NCBI GenBank assembly: GCA_963821725.1
Contig: CAWGFA010000014.1
Coordinates: 48,797-112,796, forward strand
Direction: 5' to 3'
DNA length: 64,000 bases
Origin: an uncultured Acidimicrobiia bacterium
Lineage (GTDB): Bacteria > Actinomycetota > Acidimicrobiia > Acidimicrobiales > JACDCH01
Notes under the pieces: generated by a model
The model's input: the letters and a program-made list of their open reading frames with translations, nothing else
Databases searched by the model: none
What the model was told of the DNA's origin: nothing
Program-made: the position numbers and the translations under genes
Shown: positions 21,093 to 31,259 of the stretch, piece after piece
How the letters are laid out: each line of letters begins with the position of its first letter
Position numbering within the stretch: the first letter of the stretch is position 1

Positions 21093-21899
21093 TCAGAACA
21101 CCTCGTCGGCCGACGGCAACATGACCGTCCGGCCGGGTCGCACGCGGAAGCGGATCGTCGATGCCGTTCGCGTCCGCGATCGTCGCGCCACGCTCGTGGA
21201 CGCTCGTACGTCGTCGGTGGCGATCGAGTGCAGGCTCTCGCCCGGACGCGGACCATACGCGAACGCCGTCCGGGAACACCTCCCGACGTCGGGTTGGTCA
21301 GCATGCGTGAGCAGGAAGTTCGGCGCCTCGTCGAACGTGCACCGTGACCTCCGCCCGGATCGGGTTGCCGTGCACTGTCGAAGCGCTTGTAGATCGATCG
21401 ACACGCTCGTTGAGGTATCCCTGCATCAGGAAACCACGAGCGGGGTCGCCCCACTGCAGCGTCAGCAGTGGTCGGACGCGCCGTCGATCTGGATCTTGAA
21501 ACCGAGTGCGGAAGCAGCGGCACCGAGGGCTGCGCCCGAGCGATCCGACCGCCTCCCGGTTGCGTCCACTGGAGAAGGAGATCGCAACGCGCTTTGATGC
21601 CGCCGCCGACCACCGACGCCTGTCTCGACGGCATCACCGACAGCCGCCGCCGCTGTCGTCGGACAGCAAGGGCGGTGAACGTGATCTTGGTCGGGAGCGT
21701 GCCGCGGTACATGTTCGTGTAGCCGGCTGGTGTACCAGTCGGCGAAGGCACGCCCGGTCTTGCCGCCCGTCTTCGTCTGCGGCCGTGTGGTTGTTGGTGC
21801 CCTTTCTGACTTGGAAGCTCTCGGGTTCTGGTCGAACGTCACTTCGTCGACCGGCATCATCATGTTGAAGATCTTGATGTTTCCTGCAGTGTCGAACAT
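21093..21899 (-). pseudogene. CIS tube-initiator-like protein with C-terminal LysM (Afp7-like)
   Basis: N-terminus MFDTAGNIKIFNMMMPVDEVTFDQNPE... (21462..21899 plus the 21634..22023 frame). C-terminus PGESLHSIA...IADANGIDDPL/RVRPGRTVMLPSADEVF* is LysM-like, split over frames 21093..21404 and 20914..21279. At least 5 frame changes. Confidence 0.6.
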
Positions 21900-21902
21900 C
21901 GT

Positions 21903-22353
21903 CTATTCCTCGAGAAATCCTTGATGCGCCATCTCGAGCGTCTCGAGTCGCGATCGCATGTGACGTCGGCGTCGAAACTCGGAGCCTTTCCACGACGTGG
22001 GATACACACCTCGCAGCTTCCACGTCATCACCGGTTGCCGGTGCGAATCGTGCAACGTGATCGCCGCCGTCCCACCGGCGCCCGCTGTCCTGCCATCTTC
22101 GACAACCACTTCAGCGTCTTCGGGCGCATCGTCCGTGGTGATGGCCCGCGTCAGCGTGATGTTCGAGTACAGGACTCGATTCAGGCAGGACCGGTACGTA
22201 GTCGTTGTGGCCGAGCGGCACGTAGTCGTGCAGCTTGAACTGGACCGAGAGGCCGTCGCACTTCGCCCAGCCGCCGAGATGGAAGCCGTCGACGATCACG
22301 TCGAACCGGTGTCGAGATGCCGAACCGCGTGTCGGCGGAGATGCGGTCGGCAT
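21903..22353 (-). pseudogene. gp19-type tail tube paralogue B (Afp5-like)
   Basis: MPTASPPTRGSASRHRFDVIVDGFHLGGWAKCDGLSVQFKLHDYVPLGHNDYV (22111..22353), then other frames, then TAAITLHDSHRQPVMTWKLRGVYPTSWKGSEF...LEMAHQGFLEE* (21903..22109). Confidence 0.65.
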
Positions 22354-22784
22354 CTATCTTGTCCGCCGGAAGGAAGCCCTCGTGGGCCAGTTCGAGTGTC
22401 TCCATCGCGACGTGCCCGCTCTGGCTGTCGAACTGCGGCCCGCTCCACGCGACCGGTAGCACACCGGTGCAGGTTCCACTTGCACTGCGTGAGAGGCGTC
22501 TCGCTTGTTGTGCCAGAACGGATAGCCCTTGATCGACGCGGTCACCTTCTTGGAGTTGAACGGCGGTCTGACTCGCAGCCAGCTCCATGATCGCGCTTGG
22601 TGTGCTTCAGCGTGGTCATGCGCCCGAGCCTCACGTTCTGGTAGGTCGTGTACGCAGGCTCGATCCACCGGTAGTTGTCTCCGTCTCCTGCGCGGTACTC
22701 CGCGAGTTCGAACTTCACCGCGAGCCCGTCGACCTTCGACCAGTAGCCGAGATCGTGACCGTCGATCGTGACCTCGAAGATCAT
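22354..22784 (-). pseudogene. gp19-type tail tube paralogue A
   Basis: MIFEVTIDGHDLGYWSKVDGLAVKFELAEYRAGDGDNYRWIEPAYTTYQNVRLGR (22542..22784), then KKVTASIKGYPFWHNK (22354..22668 frame) and LPVAWSGPQFDSQSGHVAMETLELAHEGF (22181..22588 frame). TAG 22354-22356 abuts the next ATG. An N-terminal extension to ~22931 is possible. Confidence 0.6.
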
Positions 22785-22940
22785 CGTGGTGATCTGCGGC
22801 TCGGTGTCCGGCTGGCCGTTGGCGCGCCGATGTGCGGCGGTCCAGACCCCGAGGGCGTCGGCACCGTCCGCACCGTCACGTTCATCCCGGACGGGTAGAG
22901 CGACTTGTCGAGGTACGACTGGAAGGACACGGCGAAGCTC

Positions 22941-25546
22941 CTAGCGAAAGTCAGTGAGGAAGCCGGATCGCTCACGGTCGATGATGCAGATTGCCGGCGC
23001 AACCGGGTCACCATCCGGTCGTAGAGCAGCGATCGCGAGGTCTTCGACATCGTGGTCGTCGAGGTGGGCGAGGATGTCGGTTGGATCAGTCCCGGGGACT
23101 TCGCTCCGTTCACGCGAGCCCGCTCGCCGTGCAGCGAGCGTCGTGGTGCCCGTTGCCGCCGCCGCGGCGCCCGCCGCGGCGCCGACAGCCGTCGTGTGCG
23201 ACCGGTGGCGCCCCATCAGCGAGCCGCGGCGGGCCCCGCCACCGGTCGCGGTCGTTGTCGCGCTGCCGCGGCCGCCGGCGCCATCGCCGGCGTCGCGGGA
23301 GTCTGTGGCTGTAGCGGCCGCCGGCTACGTCGGCATCGTGATGCTGGCCGAAATGGCTGTCATGGCTGTAGCGGCGTCGTCGTGGCCACACCGGCGCGAG
23401 CAGTCCGAGCGCTCCTCCCCAGCCGGTCGTCCTGTCCGTCGCCGGATCCGGCAGCCGGATGTCGTCGACGTCCTGCGCCAGCTGCGCTGTCCGTGCCCCC
23501 TGGCGACGACGACGGCGTCCCCGGGTCGTCACGACCCGTCGGCGTCGTGGGCGTGACCGGTCGCGGCAGGCGTCGTGCGGTGTGGACGGCGTGGTCGCGG
23601 GTGTCCCCGCTGGGGCCTGCCCTGCAGTGGTGGTGCTCTGGCCCGTGTCGCCTGCGTCGGCACGGCATGTCCTCGAACTGCTCCGTCTGCCGCTCACGTT
23701 CCGCTGCGACGGCGATCAACGCCTGCGTGCGGTCGTAACGATCGCGGACTGCCCATCGTCATGCCGAGCGCCGTGCCGAGGCCGCCCGACACCAGGACGA
23801 TCTCGGCTCTTCGTCCTCACCGCCCTGGCTCGATGGACGTATTGCAGGTGACGATCGAACTCGTGACTGTCCGTGGCCGCGGTCGGCGTGGCCCCCTCGC
23901 GAACGCTCGTACGCCAACGACGACCGAGCGTCCTCGGCAGCAGGACCGCCTGCCGGACTGGAGTCTGCGCCGCCAGTCGTGCACGAACTTGAGATGACGA
24001 GTCGTTCTCGCCGCGATCACTGGCCGGCGCCGGCTCCACCGCGGCCACACGCGATAGGCGCTCGTGCCCCGTTGGTCGTGCTGGAGCGCGACGCGAAACG
24101 CTTCGTTCTGCCGGACCCGTCGGACGGCGCTCGCCATTCGTCGTCATGCGCCTTGCGGAGGCCGGAACGACGAGCGCGCCCTCTGCATCCCACTGCGCCG
24201 CGCCGCGTGCGACCAGTTGGTCGGTGACCGCACGCAGGAAGCCGCCGCTGTCGATCCTCGGATCGCCGGGCGTGGCGCGCAGGGTGCGGATCGGCGCGAC
24301 CCGCGGCTCCGGGTCGTCGCCCCGCACGAACCGCTCGACCGCGTGCGCTTCGGCCTCGAGTCGCCGGCCCTCCTGCGCTCGACGGCGCGCGGCAGGGTGC
24401 GAGCCGTAGACCCGGTGCTGCACGACGTGCGTGAGCTCGTGCGCGAGCACGGCGCGCGTCTCGGGTGCGTCGAGCGGGCCCGCCTCCATGGGCAAGAACA
24501 CCTCGCCTTCACGTGTGAAGGCTCGGGCTCCGATGCGCGACGCGATCCGGAGAGCCTCTCGTCACGACGGACGGTGACCGCGTCCAGGATCGCGACCGAG
24601 CGACGCGTGTCGACGTCAGCGCGCACCCCGGCGGAACGTCGGCGTCGTCGGTAGTGGGCGACGGCCCGCCGCGCCGGCTCGGGAGGGGCGAGCCTCGTCG
24701 GGCGCGTCGCGTGCTCGGCGGTTGTTCGGCGGCGCGATCTCCGGAACCGACGCCTCGACCTCGATCGTCTCGGGTTCGACGCTTCGGGATCGCCGACGTC
24801 GAACGGTCCGGAGGGCAAGGGCGCACCGAGACCGAGCCGTCGCGACTCCGCCAGCGACCGTCTCCGAGCGCGGCCGGACGCTCGAGGTCTCGCGTCCGCG
24901 CACCTTGCGTCCGCTCGTCCCCGCGCCAGGTCGGGACGAAGCTCGGCCAGCTCGCGCCCCGTGCGCTCGGCCAGCAGCGACGCTGAAGATCGGCGGCGGT
25001 AGCTCCTCGGGGATCTCGTCGTCGACAGAGGTCGGGCTCGCGAACACGTCCGGCGTCGACTCTCGGCTCGGCCGCGACCAGGTCGCCTGCGTAGGTCGTG
25101 AGGTCGGACGATCTGGCGCGACCGCTCGCGACGACCGGACGGCGCGCGGCCTCGACGTCCGCGTACAGCTCCGCGGTCACCGGCGTCGACATCGCCCGGA
25201 TCCTGCGGTGACGACAGGTACGCAGGAGCCGGCATGCGCACGGGCAAGACCCGTGCGACATGCCCGCGGGGCGCGTCCGACGGAAACCTCGCGCAGCGAC
25301 CGTCGGCGAGGAGCGGCTGTGTCCCCGCGAGCTGCGAGATGAACGACGCGCTCGAGCCGACGATCGGCGCGGCGGCGCCGGTCGCCGACGGCGCTCAACG
25401 GCTCGAGCGCTCTGCCAGCCCCCGGCATGCGCGACGAGCCGGCGCGGACCTGCGAGATCGTCGATCGTGATCGGTCGCGCCTGCCGGCGCGGACGACGGC
25501 GCTCCCGCGTCGTGCGATCGGCGACGCCCGCGAACGGCCAAGGCAT
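22941..25546 (-). pseudogene. DUF4157 (zincin-like HExxH) domain protein occupying the tape-measure slot; may be 1 or 2 genes
   Basis: Stitched from many track ORFs (24509..25546, 24144..25247, 24616..25047, 23716..24501, 23360..23719, 23110..23697, 22941..23216). DUF4157 core ...AFTRGEVFLPMEAGPLDAPETRAVLAHELTHVVQHRVYG (motif ~24427-24441). Hydrophobic IVLVSGGLGTALGMTMG plus a coiled-coil-like segment. C-terminus ...LLYDRMVTRLRRQ/LIIDRERSGFLTDFR*. Confidence 0.5.
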
Positions 25547-25559
25547 GGCCGGGCTCCGC

Positions 25560-25728
25560 TCAGCTTCCCGCGGCGGAGCGCATGGCGTTGATCTCTCCGA
25601 CGAACCTGCTGCGCACCGGGTGCTCCAAATCGAGAATGTGATCGAGCGGCCAGTGGAACCAGAACGCGAGGTAGCTCACTTCGCTCCAGAGACGGTCGTT
25701 GCCGACCGTCAGGATTCCCCCGGGGCAT
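25560..25728 (-). pseudogene. small conserved CIS-associated protein (W/H-rich, ~55 aa)
   Basis: Frame reads ...VGNDRLWSEVSYLAFWFHWPLDHILDLEHPVRSRFVGEINAMRSAAGS*. The only ATG (25728) is one base out of frame. Deleting one G from the minus-strand C4G5 run (25717-25725) gives MPRGILTVGNDRLW.... Not in the ORF track as a clean ORF. Confidence 0.45.
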
Positions 25729-26101
25729 CACCGGCGAGATCCACCGTGAACTCGTGCCCGCACGCCGGACAGGCGACGGCTGCTTCGGAGTGACCCTCCT
25801 GGTTGATACGACGGTAGAGATCCTGAAGGAACGACAGATCGGATGCGTAGAGCCGCTCGATCACGGTGCTGTCGACTGACGGCAGGTCGCCGAGATGCGT
25901 GACGGTGCGCTCGAGCAGCAACACCGTGAGGTACGCAGGGTTGGCACGGACGCGGGGATCGACTTGCGGCGCGATCTCGTCACGAGCGGTCGCGAGGCGC
26001 ATGACACCTTCGCGGTGCGTCCGGCCGCGCTCGTCCACGTAGCCGCGCGGGAGGACGAAGGCGAACTCGGTACGGAGCGCGGGATCAGTCGCGGACATCA
26101 T
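25709..26101 (-). CDS. conserved hypothetical protein in the tail-assembly-chaperone position, C-terminal CPACG knuckle
   Basis: Intact 130-aa ORF directly after the tube gene: FAFVLPRGYVDERGRTHREGVMRLATARDEIAPQVDPRVRANPAYLTVLLLERTVTHLGDL...VACPACGHEF. Assignment is positional only. Confidence 0.55.
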   Translation of the reverse strand: MMSATDPALRTEFAFVLPRGYVDERGRTHREGVMRLATARDEIAPQVDPRVRANPAYLTVLLLERTVTHLGDLPSVDSTVIERLYASDLSFLQDLYRRINQEGHSEAAVACPACGHEFTVDLAGDAPGES

Positions 26102-26103
26102 GG

Positions 26104-26568
26104 TCAGACGGAGACCCGCTGGATGAACTCACACACGATGGTGACGGTCTCCATCAGCACTTCCGATGCGCCCGCCTTCAGTGCACCGATCTCGATCTTG
26201 GACGGCCACGCCTCGGTGAGGTGGTAGCGCGCCACGGGCTCGCCCTTCGTGTTGAACATCGTGAGCGAGCACGACTTGCGCGCCGCGGCCACGTCGCCGA
26301 GGACGACGAGCTCGTGCCAGGCCGCCATCTCGATGTTCTTCGTCATACCGCGCTTCAGCGTGACGGTCGGCGGCGTGCGCTTGCCGGGCAGCTTCTTGAG
26401 GATGTTCTCCTTCGCGTCCGACTGGATGAAGTCGACGACGTCGATCGCACTCGAGATGCCGGACAGCTCAGAGAACTGAGCCATGCTGTGACCGTCGATC
26501 GACAGCTCGAATCGTGCCGCGGTCAGGGCGTCGTACTCCTGGCCCTGACCGACTCCTGCATTCGGCAT
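26104..26568 (-). CDS. contractile tail tube protein (Phage_T4_gp19 / TIGR02241-type)
   Basis: MPNAGVGQGQEYDALTAARFELSIDGHSMAQFSELSGISSAIDVVDF...KKLPGKRTPPTVTLKRGMTKN...YHLTEAWPSKIEIGALKAGASEVLMETVTIVCE. SD AAGGAG lies 8 nt before ATG 26568. Intact. Confidence 0.85.
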   Translation of the reverse strand: MPNAGVGQGQEYDALTAARFELSIDGHSMAQFSELSGISSAIDVVDFIQSDAKENILKKLPGKRTPPTVTLKRGMTKNIEMAAWHELVVLGDVAAARKSCSLTMFNTKGEPVARYHLTEAWPSKIEIGALKAGASEVLMETVTIVCEFIQRVSV

Positions 26569-26599
26569 GTGTCTGACTCCTTCGAACACTCGGTCGGGC

Positions 26600-28155
26600 T
26601 TACTCGCTCAGCCCGCTGCCGTCGGCGAACTGTGAGATCCGGAAGACGACGAACTCAGCCGGCTTCACCGGCGCGATGCCGATCTCGACGGTGAGGATGC
26701 CGACGTCGCGGTTCTCGGGCGGGTTGTTCTCGGCGTCGCACTTGACGAAGAACGCCTCGTGCGGTCGTCTGGCCGAACAACGCGCCGCCGCGCCAGACGC
26801 GGCGCAGGAACGCTTCGACCGTGCGCTTCACCGAGTCCCACAGCTTGAAGTCGTTGGGCTCGAACACGACCCAGTTCGTGCCGGTGAGGATCGACTCTTC
26901 GACGTAGTTGAAGAGTCGGCGCACGTTGAGGTAGCGCCACTCGGGGTCGGACGACAGCGTGCGTGCGCCCCACACCCGGATGCCCTGACCGGGGAACGAG
27001 CGGATGCAGTTCACCGCGACCGGGTTGAGCTGGTCGTGCTCGCCCTTCGTGATGTTCGTCTCGAGCGAGACGACGCCGCGGCACACCTCGTTGGCGGGGG
27101 CCTTGTGCACGCCGCGCGTGTCGTCGTTCCGGGCCCAGACGCCGGCCATCGTGCCCGGACGGCGGCATGAACGTCGGCGCGCCGGACAGCGGATCCATGA
27201 TCTTCAGCCAGGGCCAGTACAGGGTGGCGTACTTCGAGTCGTAGCCCGCGTCGTCGACGCGCCATTCCTTGACCTGCTGCGCGTTCAGCCCGGGCGGCGG
27301 GTCGAGGATCGCGACCCGATCGGCCATCAGCTCGCAGTGGGCGATCATCGCCAGCTGCACGGCCTTGAACTGCTCGAGCGTGATCATCTCCTGCTGCAGC
27401 GCGGCCGCGAGATCCGGCACCGACAGCATCGTGACCTCGTCCACCGCTTCGAGACCGGCGAACCCGGTGCGGTCCGCGGCGCTCGCCGACGTAGTCGTTC
27501 GGGCTCCACTTCGAGCGCGGCGGCGGACGGTGCCTCGCCACCGCTCAGCGCGAACGAACCCTTCGGCGGAACCGCGAGCGCGCCCGAGCCCTTCGTCTCC
27601 TCGATCGATGATGAGCTTCGACTCCGCCTTCACCTTCGTGACGACGTTGTTGGCGCCCTTGCGGGTGGTGACGTTGTCGAACACCTCCGCCTCGCGGCCG
27701 TTCTCCTTGACGATCAGCTTGAAGGTGTCGTCGCTCGGCTTCCGATGCATCGGCGATCTCGACGCTGATCTGATCGCCTGCCGCACCGCGCTTCGAGCGC
27801 TTCGATGGCGTAGCCCTTCTGCGCGTTGCCGCCCTCGGCCGGCGCCGGCAGCAGTTCGGCGCGTGCCGCCTTGGCGCCGTCGCCGTCAGCCGTTCGCGCC
27901 GATGCGCACGACGTAGGCGGCGCCGCCACCGTTGAGGAAGTACGCGTACACAGCGTGCGCGAGGTACGAGCCCGGCATGAACGCGCCGAAGTTGGACGTG
28001 AACTGCGTCCAGTTCGTGACCAGCGTCGGCTCGTTCACCGGGCCCTTCTCGGCGAAGCCGACGAACGCGGCCACCGCGGTGCCGACCCCTTCGATCGGCT
28101 TGGAGCCCGACGAGACTTCTTCGACGTAGACGCCTGGCGACAGATACGTTGGCAT
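26600..28155 (-). pseudogene. contractile tail sheath protein
   Basis: MPTYLSPGVYVEEVSSGSKPIEGVGTAVAAFVGFAEKGP (27886..28155), ...DRTGFAGLEAVDEVTMLSVPDL...YATLYWPWLKIMDPLSGAPTFMPPSGH (26665..27786), MAGVWARNDDTRGVHKAPANE...IRVWGARTLSSDPEWRYLNVRRLFNYVEESI (26655..27149), and C-terminus EEAFFVKCDAENNPPENRDVGILTVEIGIAPVKPAEFVVFRISQ...* (TAA 26600). At least 6 frame changes. SD AGGAGAGG before ATG 28155. Confidence 0.85.
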
Positions 28156-28340
28156 GCCCTCTCCTGAAACCTTGGGTCAACTCAGATCTCGCATGGTGCG
28201 GTTTCGAACGAGCGACGGCCAGACAAAGCGGTTGGCCTACGAGACCGATCATGCTGCCCGATCGGGCAAGCGCGGGCGCCCCATCATGCGCCCCGGTGCC
28301 TGAACCGGGATGGTGCGGACGGCGGTTCACGCTTGGTGTC

Positions 28341-29037
28341 GTGGTCGACGACGTCGACGCGGCACTCGCTGCGCTGTTCGCGGCATCGAAGGCGAAGGAC
28401 CAGAAGCTCGCGTGCGCGTTCGACGCGCCGACGCCGGACTGGTCCGCGAACGTCAAGTCGCCGACGCTCAACCTGTTCCTCGTCCAGATCGACGAGAACG
28501 TCGACGCCCGTCCCGGTGCGTGGGCAGACGTGCGGGACGACAACGGCCAGACCATCGGTCGCCAGCCGCCGCTTCGCCGGTACGACCTGCGCTACGTGCT
28601 CAGCGCGTGGGGCGACGGAGCACAAGTCGAACACCGGCTGCTCGGCGGCCGTGCTGACGCTCGTACCCGCCTACGACACGATCCCGGCCGAGCTGCTGTC
28701 GGGATCGCTCGCCGAGCTCGAGCTGCCCGTTCGGCTTCGCATCGCGCAGGACGACCTCGGCGTCAGCATGACCGACATCTGGTCGTCACTCGGTCAGCCG
28801 GTGCGAGCGTCGCTCACGCTCGTCGTCGACCGCGCCGCTGCTGCCGACGCTGGTGACCGAACTCGCGCCCCCGGCGGAGTCGCTCGACATCGGCCTCGCG
28901 GGTGTGCGCCCGCGCAAGGGCCGTGCGCCCGGCGCCCGATCTCTCGGACGTCGACTCGGTGGACGCGCGCGTGTCGCCCGACGAGGACGACGCCCCAGTG
29001 GACCAAGTACCGCGTCCGCGAGCGCATCCAGGACTGA
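28341..29037 (+). pseudogene. DUF4255 (Pvc16_N) tail-terminator/cap-like protein (Afp16-like)
   Basis: VVDDVDAALAALF...FDAPTPDWSANVKSPTLNLFLVQIDENVDARPGAWADVRDDNGQTIGRQPPLRRYDLRYVLSAWGDGAQVEHRLLGG (28149..28856 frame), then AVLTLVPAYDTIPAELLSGSLAELELPVRLRIAQDDLGVSMTDIWSSLGQPVRASLTLVV (28333..29037 frame). At least 3 frame changes. The start (GTG 28341) is inferred. Confidence 0.7.
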
Positions 29038-29041
29038 CGGG

Positions 29042-29826
29042 TCAGCGGCGCCGGGCGCTTGGCTCCGCTCGCTTGCGGTAGATCGACACGTGGCGGGTGC
29101 TCAGCGGCGTGAAGGTCTGGTAGTCCCACACGCGAGCGAGCATCGAGCTCGAGTGACGCCGCGCCGGCCAGTGCGTCGACGCCGGTCGACAGCAAGGGGA
29201 TGCATCCGCCACGGCCGGCGGCGAACGCCTGACGAGGTGACCTCCATGTGCTCGCCCACGAGCAGCTCCTCGTCGGGCCACCACTCGTAGACCTTGAGCA
29301 CGGCGCCCTCGGACGTCACCATGTCGATCTCGTATTGACGCGTCCCGATCGCCGGTGGAACGCCCGGTACGTACAACTCCACGATCACTCGTCCGCTGTC
29401 CGTCAAGACGTCGCTCGCGCGCTTGAGGCAAGCCCCCTGCGCCTCGTCGGTGGGCAGGCAGAACAGCGTGTTGAACGCGGCGAACACGACGCCGAACTCC
29501 GGTGCGGTCTCGGGAAGTTCGAGGCCTTCCATGTCGCCGACCACGGCGCGCACCGAGTCGCCACCGGGCTTGCCGGCGAGCCGGTCGAGCATCGATTGCG
29601 AGGCATCGACCCCCCACACGTCGAGCCCGCGCATGGCCAGCGCGCAGGCCACTCTCCCGGTGCCGACACCGAGCTCGAGCACGGGTCGCCCGTCCGCCAG
29701 ACGCTCGCCACGAGGTCGACCGTCGGGCCGGTGTCGGCCGCGAGCGAGTACCACGTGTCGTAGATGTCGGCGAAGGCTTCGCCGTACCCGTCGATCGGGA
29801 AGTCCGCGATCAGTTCAGGTACACGA
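29042..29826 (-). pseudogene. class I SAM-dependent methyltransferase
   Basis: YGEAFADIYDTWY (29403..30623 frame), VLELGVGTGRVACALAMRGLDVWGVDASQSMLDRL...FAAFNTLFCL (29101..29754), and C-terminus MLARVWDYQTFTPLSTRHVSIYRKR (29042..29617 frame). At least 3 frame changes. Start approximate. Confidence 0.6.
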
Positions 29827-30443
29827 GGACGTGATCGCCCTCGTTGGTGATCGAGGCGTTCACCACGGTCGTGCCAGTCCATTGCGGGTTCTCCATGTGG
29901 ATCTGCCCGAACGTGTTGACCGAGAGCTTGAACGAGAAATTCGATGTCGCCGGGACCCACAGGATCGAGGCGGCCGTGCACGTGCAAGGCCACCCACGGA
30001 TTCTCCGCGGTTCCTTCGGCGATGTCCCCGCTGCCACCCCATGGTGCGATGCTGCAGTTGAGCAGCCCCGAGGACATGTCCTCGCTGTTCGCCGACTTGT
30101 CCAGGCTCAAGAGGATGAACCGGTTGACCGGCACGGTCGGATGCTCGGACTTCGGTCGTCCGACAACGGCGGTGTTGTCGTTGCTCACATATCCCGTCGC
30201 CGCTACGGCGAGGTTGTTGTCCCAATAGCCGCCTTGGCCGTGGAACTTGACGATGTCCCACTGCACGGACTGGCCCGCGTGCGCGAACTGCTGCGGCGGG
30301 AACTCCTTCGGATAGTGCACGTCACACCGTCCGACGTTCACTCCCGAAGAGCCGGTTGCCATGCCGGCAGTGGCTTGCACCGCACCAACGGTGGCCGCCC
30401 CGGCTGATATCGCGGCGATGGCGATCTCGACGGGCTCAGGCAT
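29810..30443 (-). pseudogene. hypothetical protein with hydrophobic N-terminus (X5), one frame change
   Basis: MPEPVEIAIAAISAGAATVGAVQATAG...CDVHYPKEFPPQQFAHAGQSVQWDIVKFHGQGGYWDNN... (29403..30623 frame), then ...SNFSFKLSVNTFGQIHMENPQWTGTTVVNASITNEGDHVLVYLN* (29810..30037). SD AGGAGG lies 7 nt before ATG 30443. No family recognised. Confidence 0.45.
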
Positions 30444-30606
30444 TGGGCACCTCCTGACGCCGCGAACCGACGCAACGTCTGGAGCGAACCTAAGTGTCGG
30501 ACGAGATTTCGTGTCCGAGCGCGTGGGCGTCGTTTGGGGCAAACGGCGGTGCCCGCTCGGGCAACCGTGTGGCCCTCGGCAGTCGTGTGTCCGCCATGCC
30601 GACGAA

Positions 30607-30638
30607 AGGAGGGCGGACCCCACCCGGTCCGCCCTCCT
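30607..30638 (-). terminator. perfect 13-bp-stem hairpin between X4 and X5
   Basis: AGGAGGGCGGACC(30607-30619) / loop CCACCC / GGTCCGCCCTCCT(30626-30638). On the minus strand it lies ~90 nt after the X4 stop and is followed by TTTCGTC. Confidence 0.55.
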
Positions 30639-30728
30639 CGTCCGCCCGACCTAGATCGAGACTCTTGCGTCGCTCAGTTCGCTCACGCCGTTTGCATCGG
30701 AGCGGAGGTCCGCCCGCCCACGACCGTG

Positions 30729-31242
30729 CTATTCCTCCCAGAGCCGTCCGCCACCGTCGCCTCTGATGTAGAAGTGGTACGGGATGCTCCGGGACAGCGA
30801 GCCGTACTCGTAGTAGCTGACGGTCACCCTCCCGGCGAGATGCGCGACACCGGCACCCACGTTGAGCGGGCTGTCGAAGTGTGCGTCGACGTGGAACTTC
30901 TCCCAGTAGCCGATCTCCTGCACCTCGAACGAGACGTCGGCATTGCCGATGTACCGACCCTGCGAGTTGTACTGGCCGCCGAAGTACCAGTTGACGCCGT
31001 ACGCGGATCCTGGTGTCCGACGAGATGCCGGTCCATTTGTGCGTGACATAGAGCTGGCTCGGCTCAGGGTTCCATCCCGGGAGCTCGTTCGGGCTCTGCA
31101 CGCCCTTGGGGATCACGAAGACGTTGCTCGCGAGATCGACGGTCGACTCGGACCCGACCCAGTTGGCGACGTCGTGGACCGCGGTCCAGACATCCTTGAA
31201 ATCGACATTGACACTGACTGCTCCACCCTTGCCCTCAGGCAT
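30729..31242 (-). pseudogene. hypothetical protein (X4), one frame change
   Basis: MPEGKGGAVSVNVDFKDVWTAVHDVANWVGSESTVDLASNVFVIPKG...LYVTHKWTGISSDTRI (30490..31242 frame), then GSAYGVNWYFGGQYNSQGRYIGNADVSFEVQEIGYWEKFHVDAHFDSPLNVG...YHFYIRGDGGGRLWEE* (30729..31049). SD AAGGAG lies 8 nt before ATG 31242. Confidence 0.45.
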
Positions 31243-31259
31243 TTTGGTTCTCCTTGTAT

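Noticed and set aside
22781-22931. 50-codon ORF (VSFQSYLDKSLYPSGMNVTVRTVPTPSG...) whose TGA overlaps the ATG of tube paralogue A.
   Set aside because: I cannot tell whether it is a separate coupled gene or a frame-shifted N-terminal extension of paralogue A, so it is not reported as a feature.
25709-25728. Possible programmed frameshift (gpG/gpGT-like) between the chaperone-position gene and the small W/H-rich ORF.
   Set aside because: The two ORFs overlap like ordinary coupled genes. The frame problem sits on a C4G5 homopolymer, in a region saturated with similar indels, and I saw no slippery heptamer. A simple indel is the more economical explanation.
28193-28318. 9-nt direct repeat ATGGTGCGG (28193-28201 and 28310-28318) in the sheath/DUF4255 divergent promoter region.
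   Set aside because: A single 9-mer pair in ~185 bp of GC-rich DNA is within reach of chance, and there is no further support.
14508-29037. Prophage or T6SS interpretation of the tail-like genes.
   Set aside because: No capsid, portal, terminase, integrase or lysis genes are present. Nor are there TssB/TssC split sheath, TssJLM, TssK or ClpV-type genes. The single long sheath plus DUF4255 plus LysM initiator fits eCIS/CIS.
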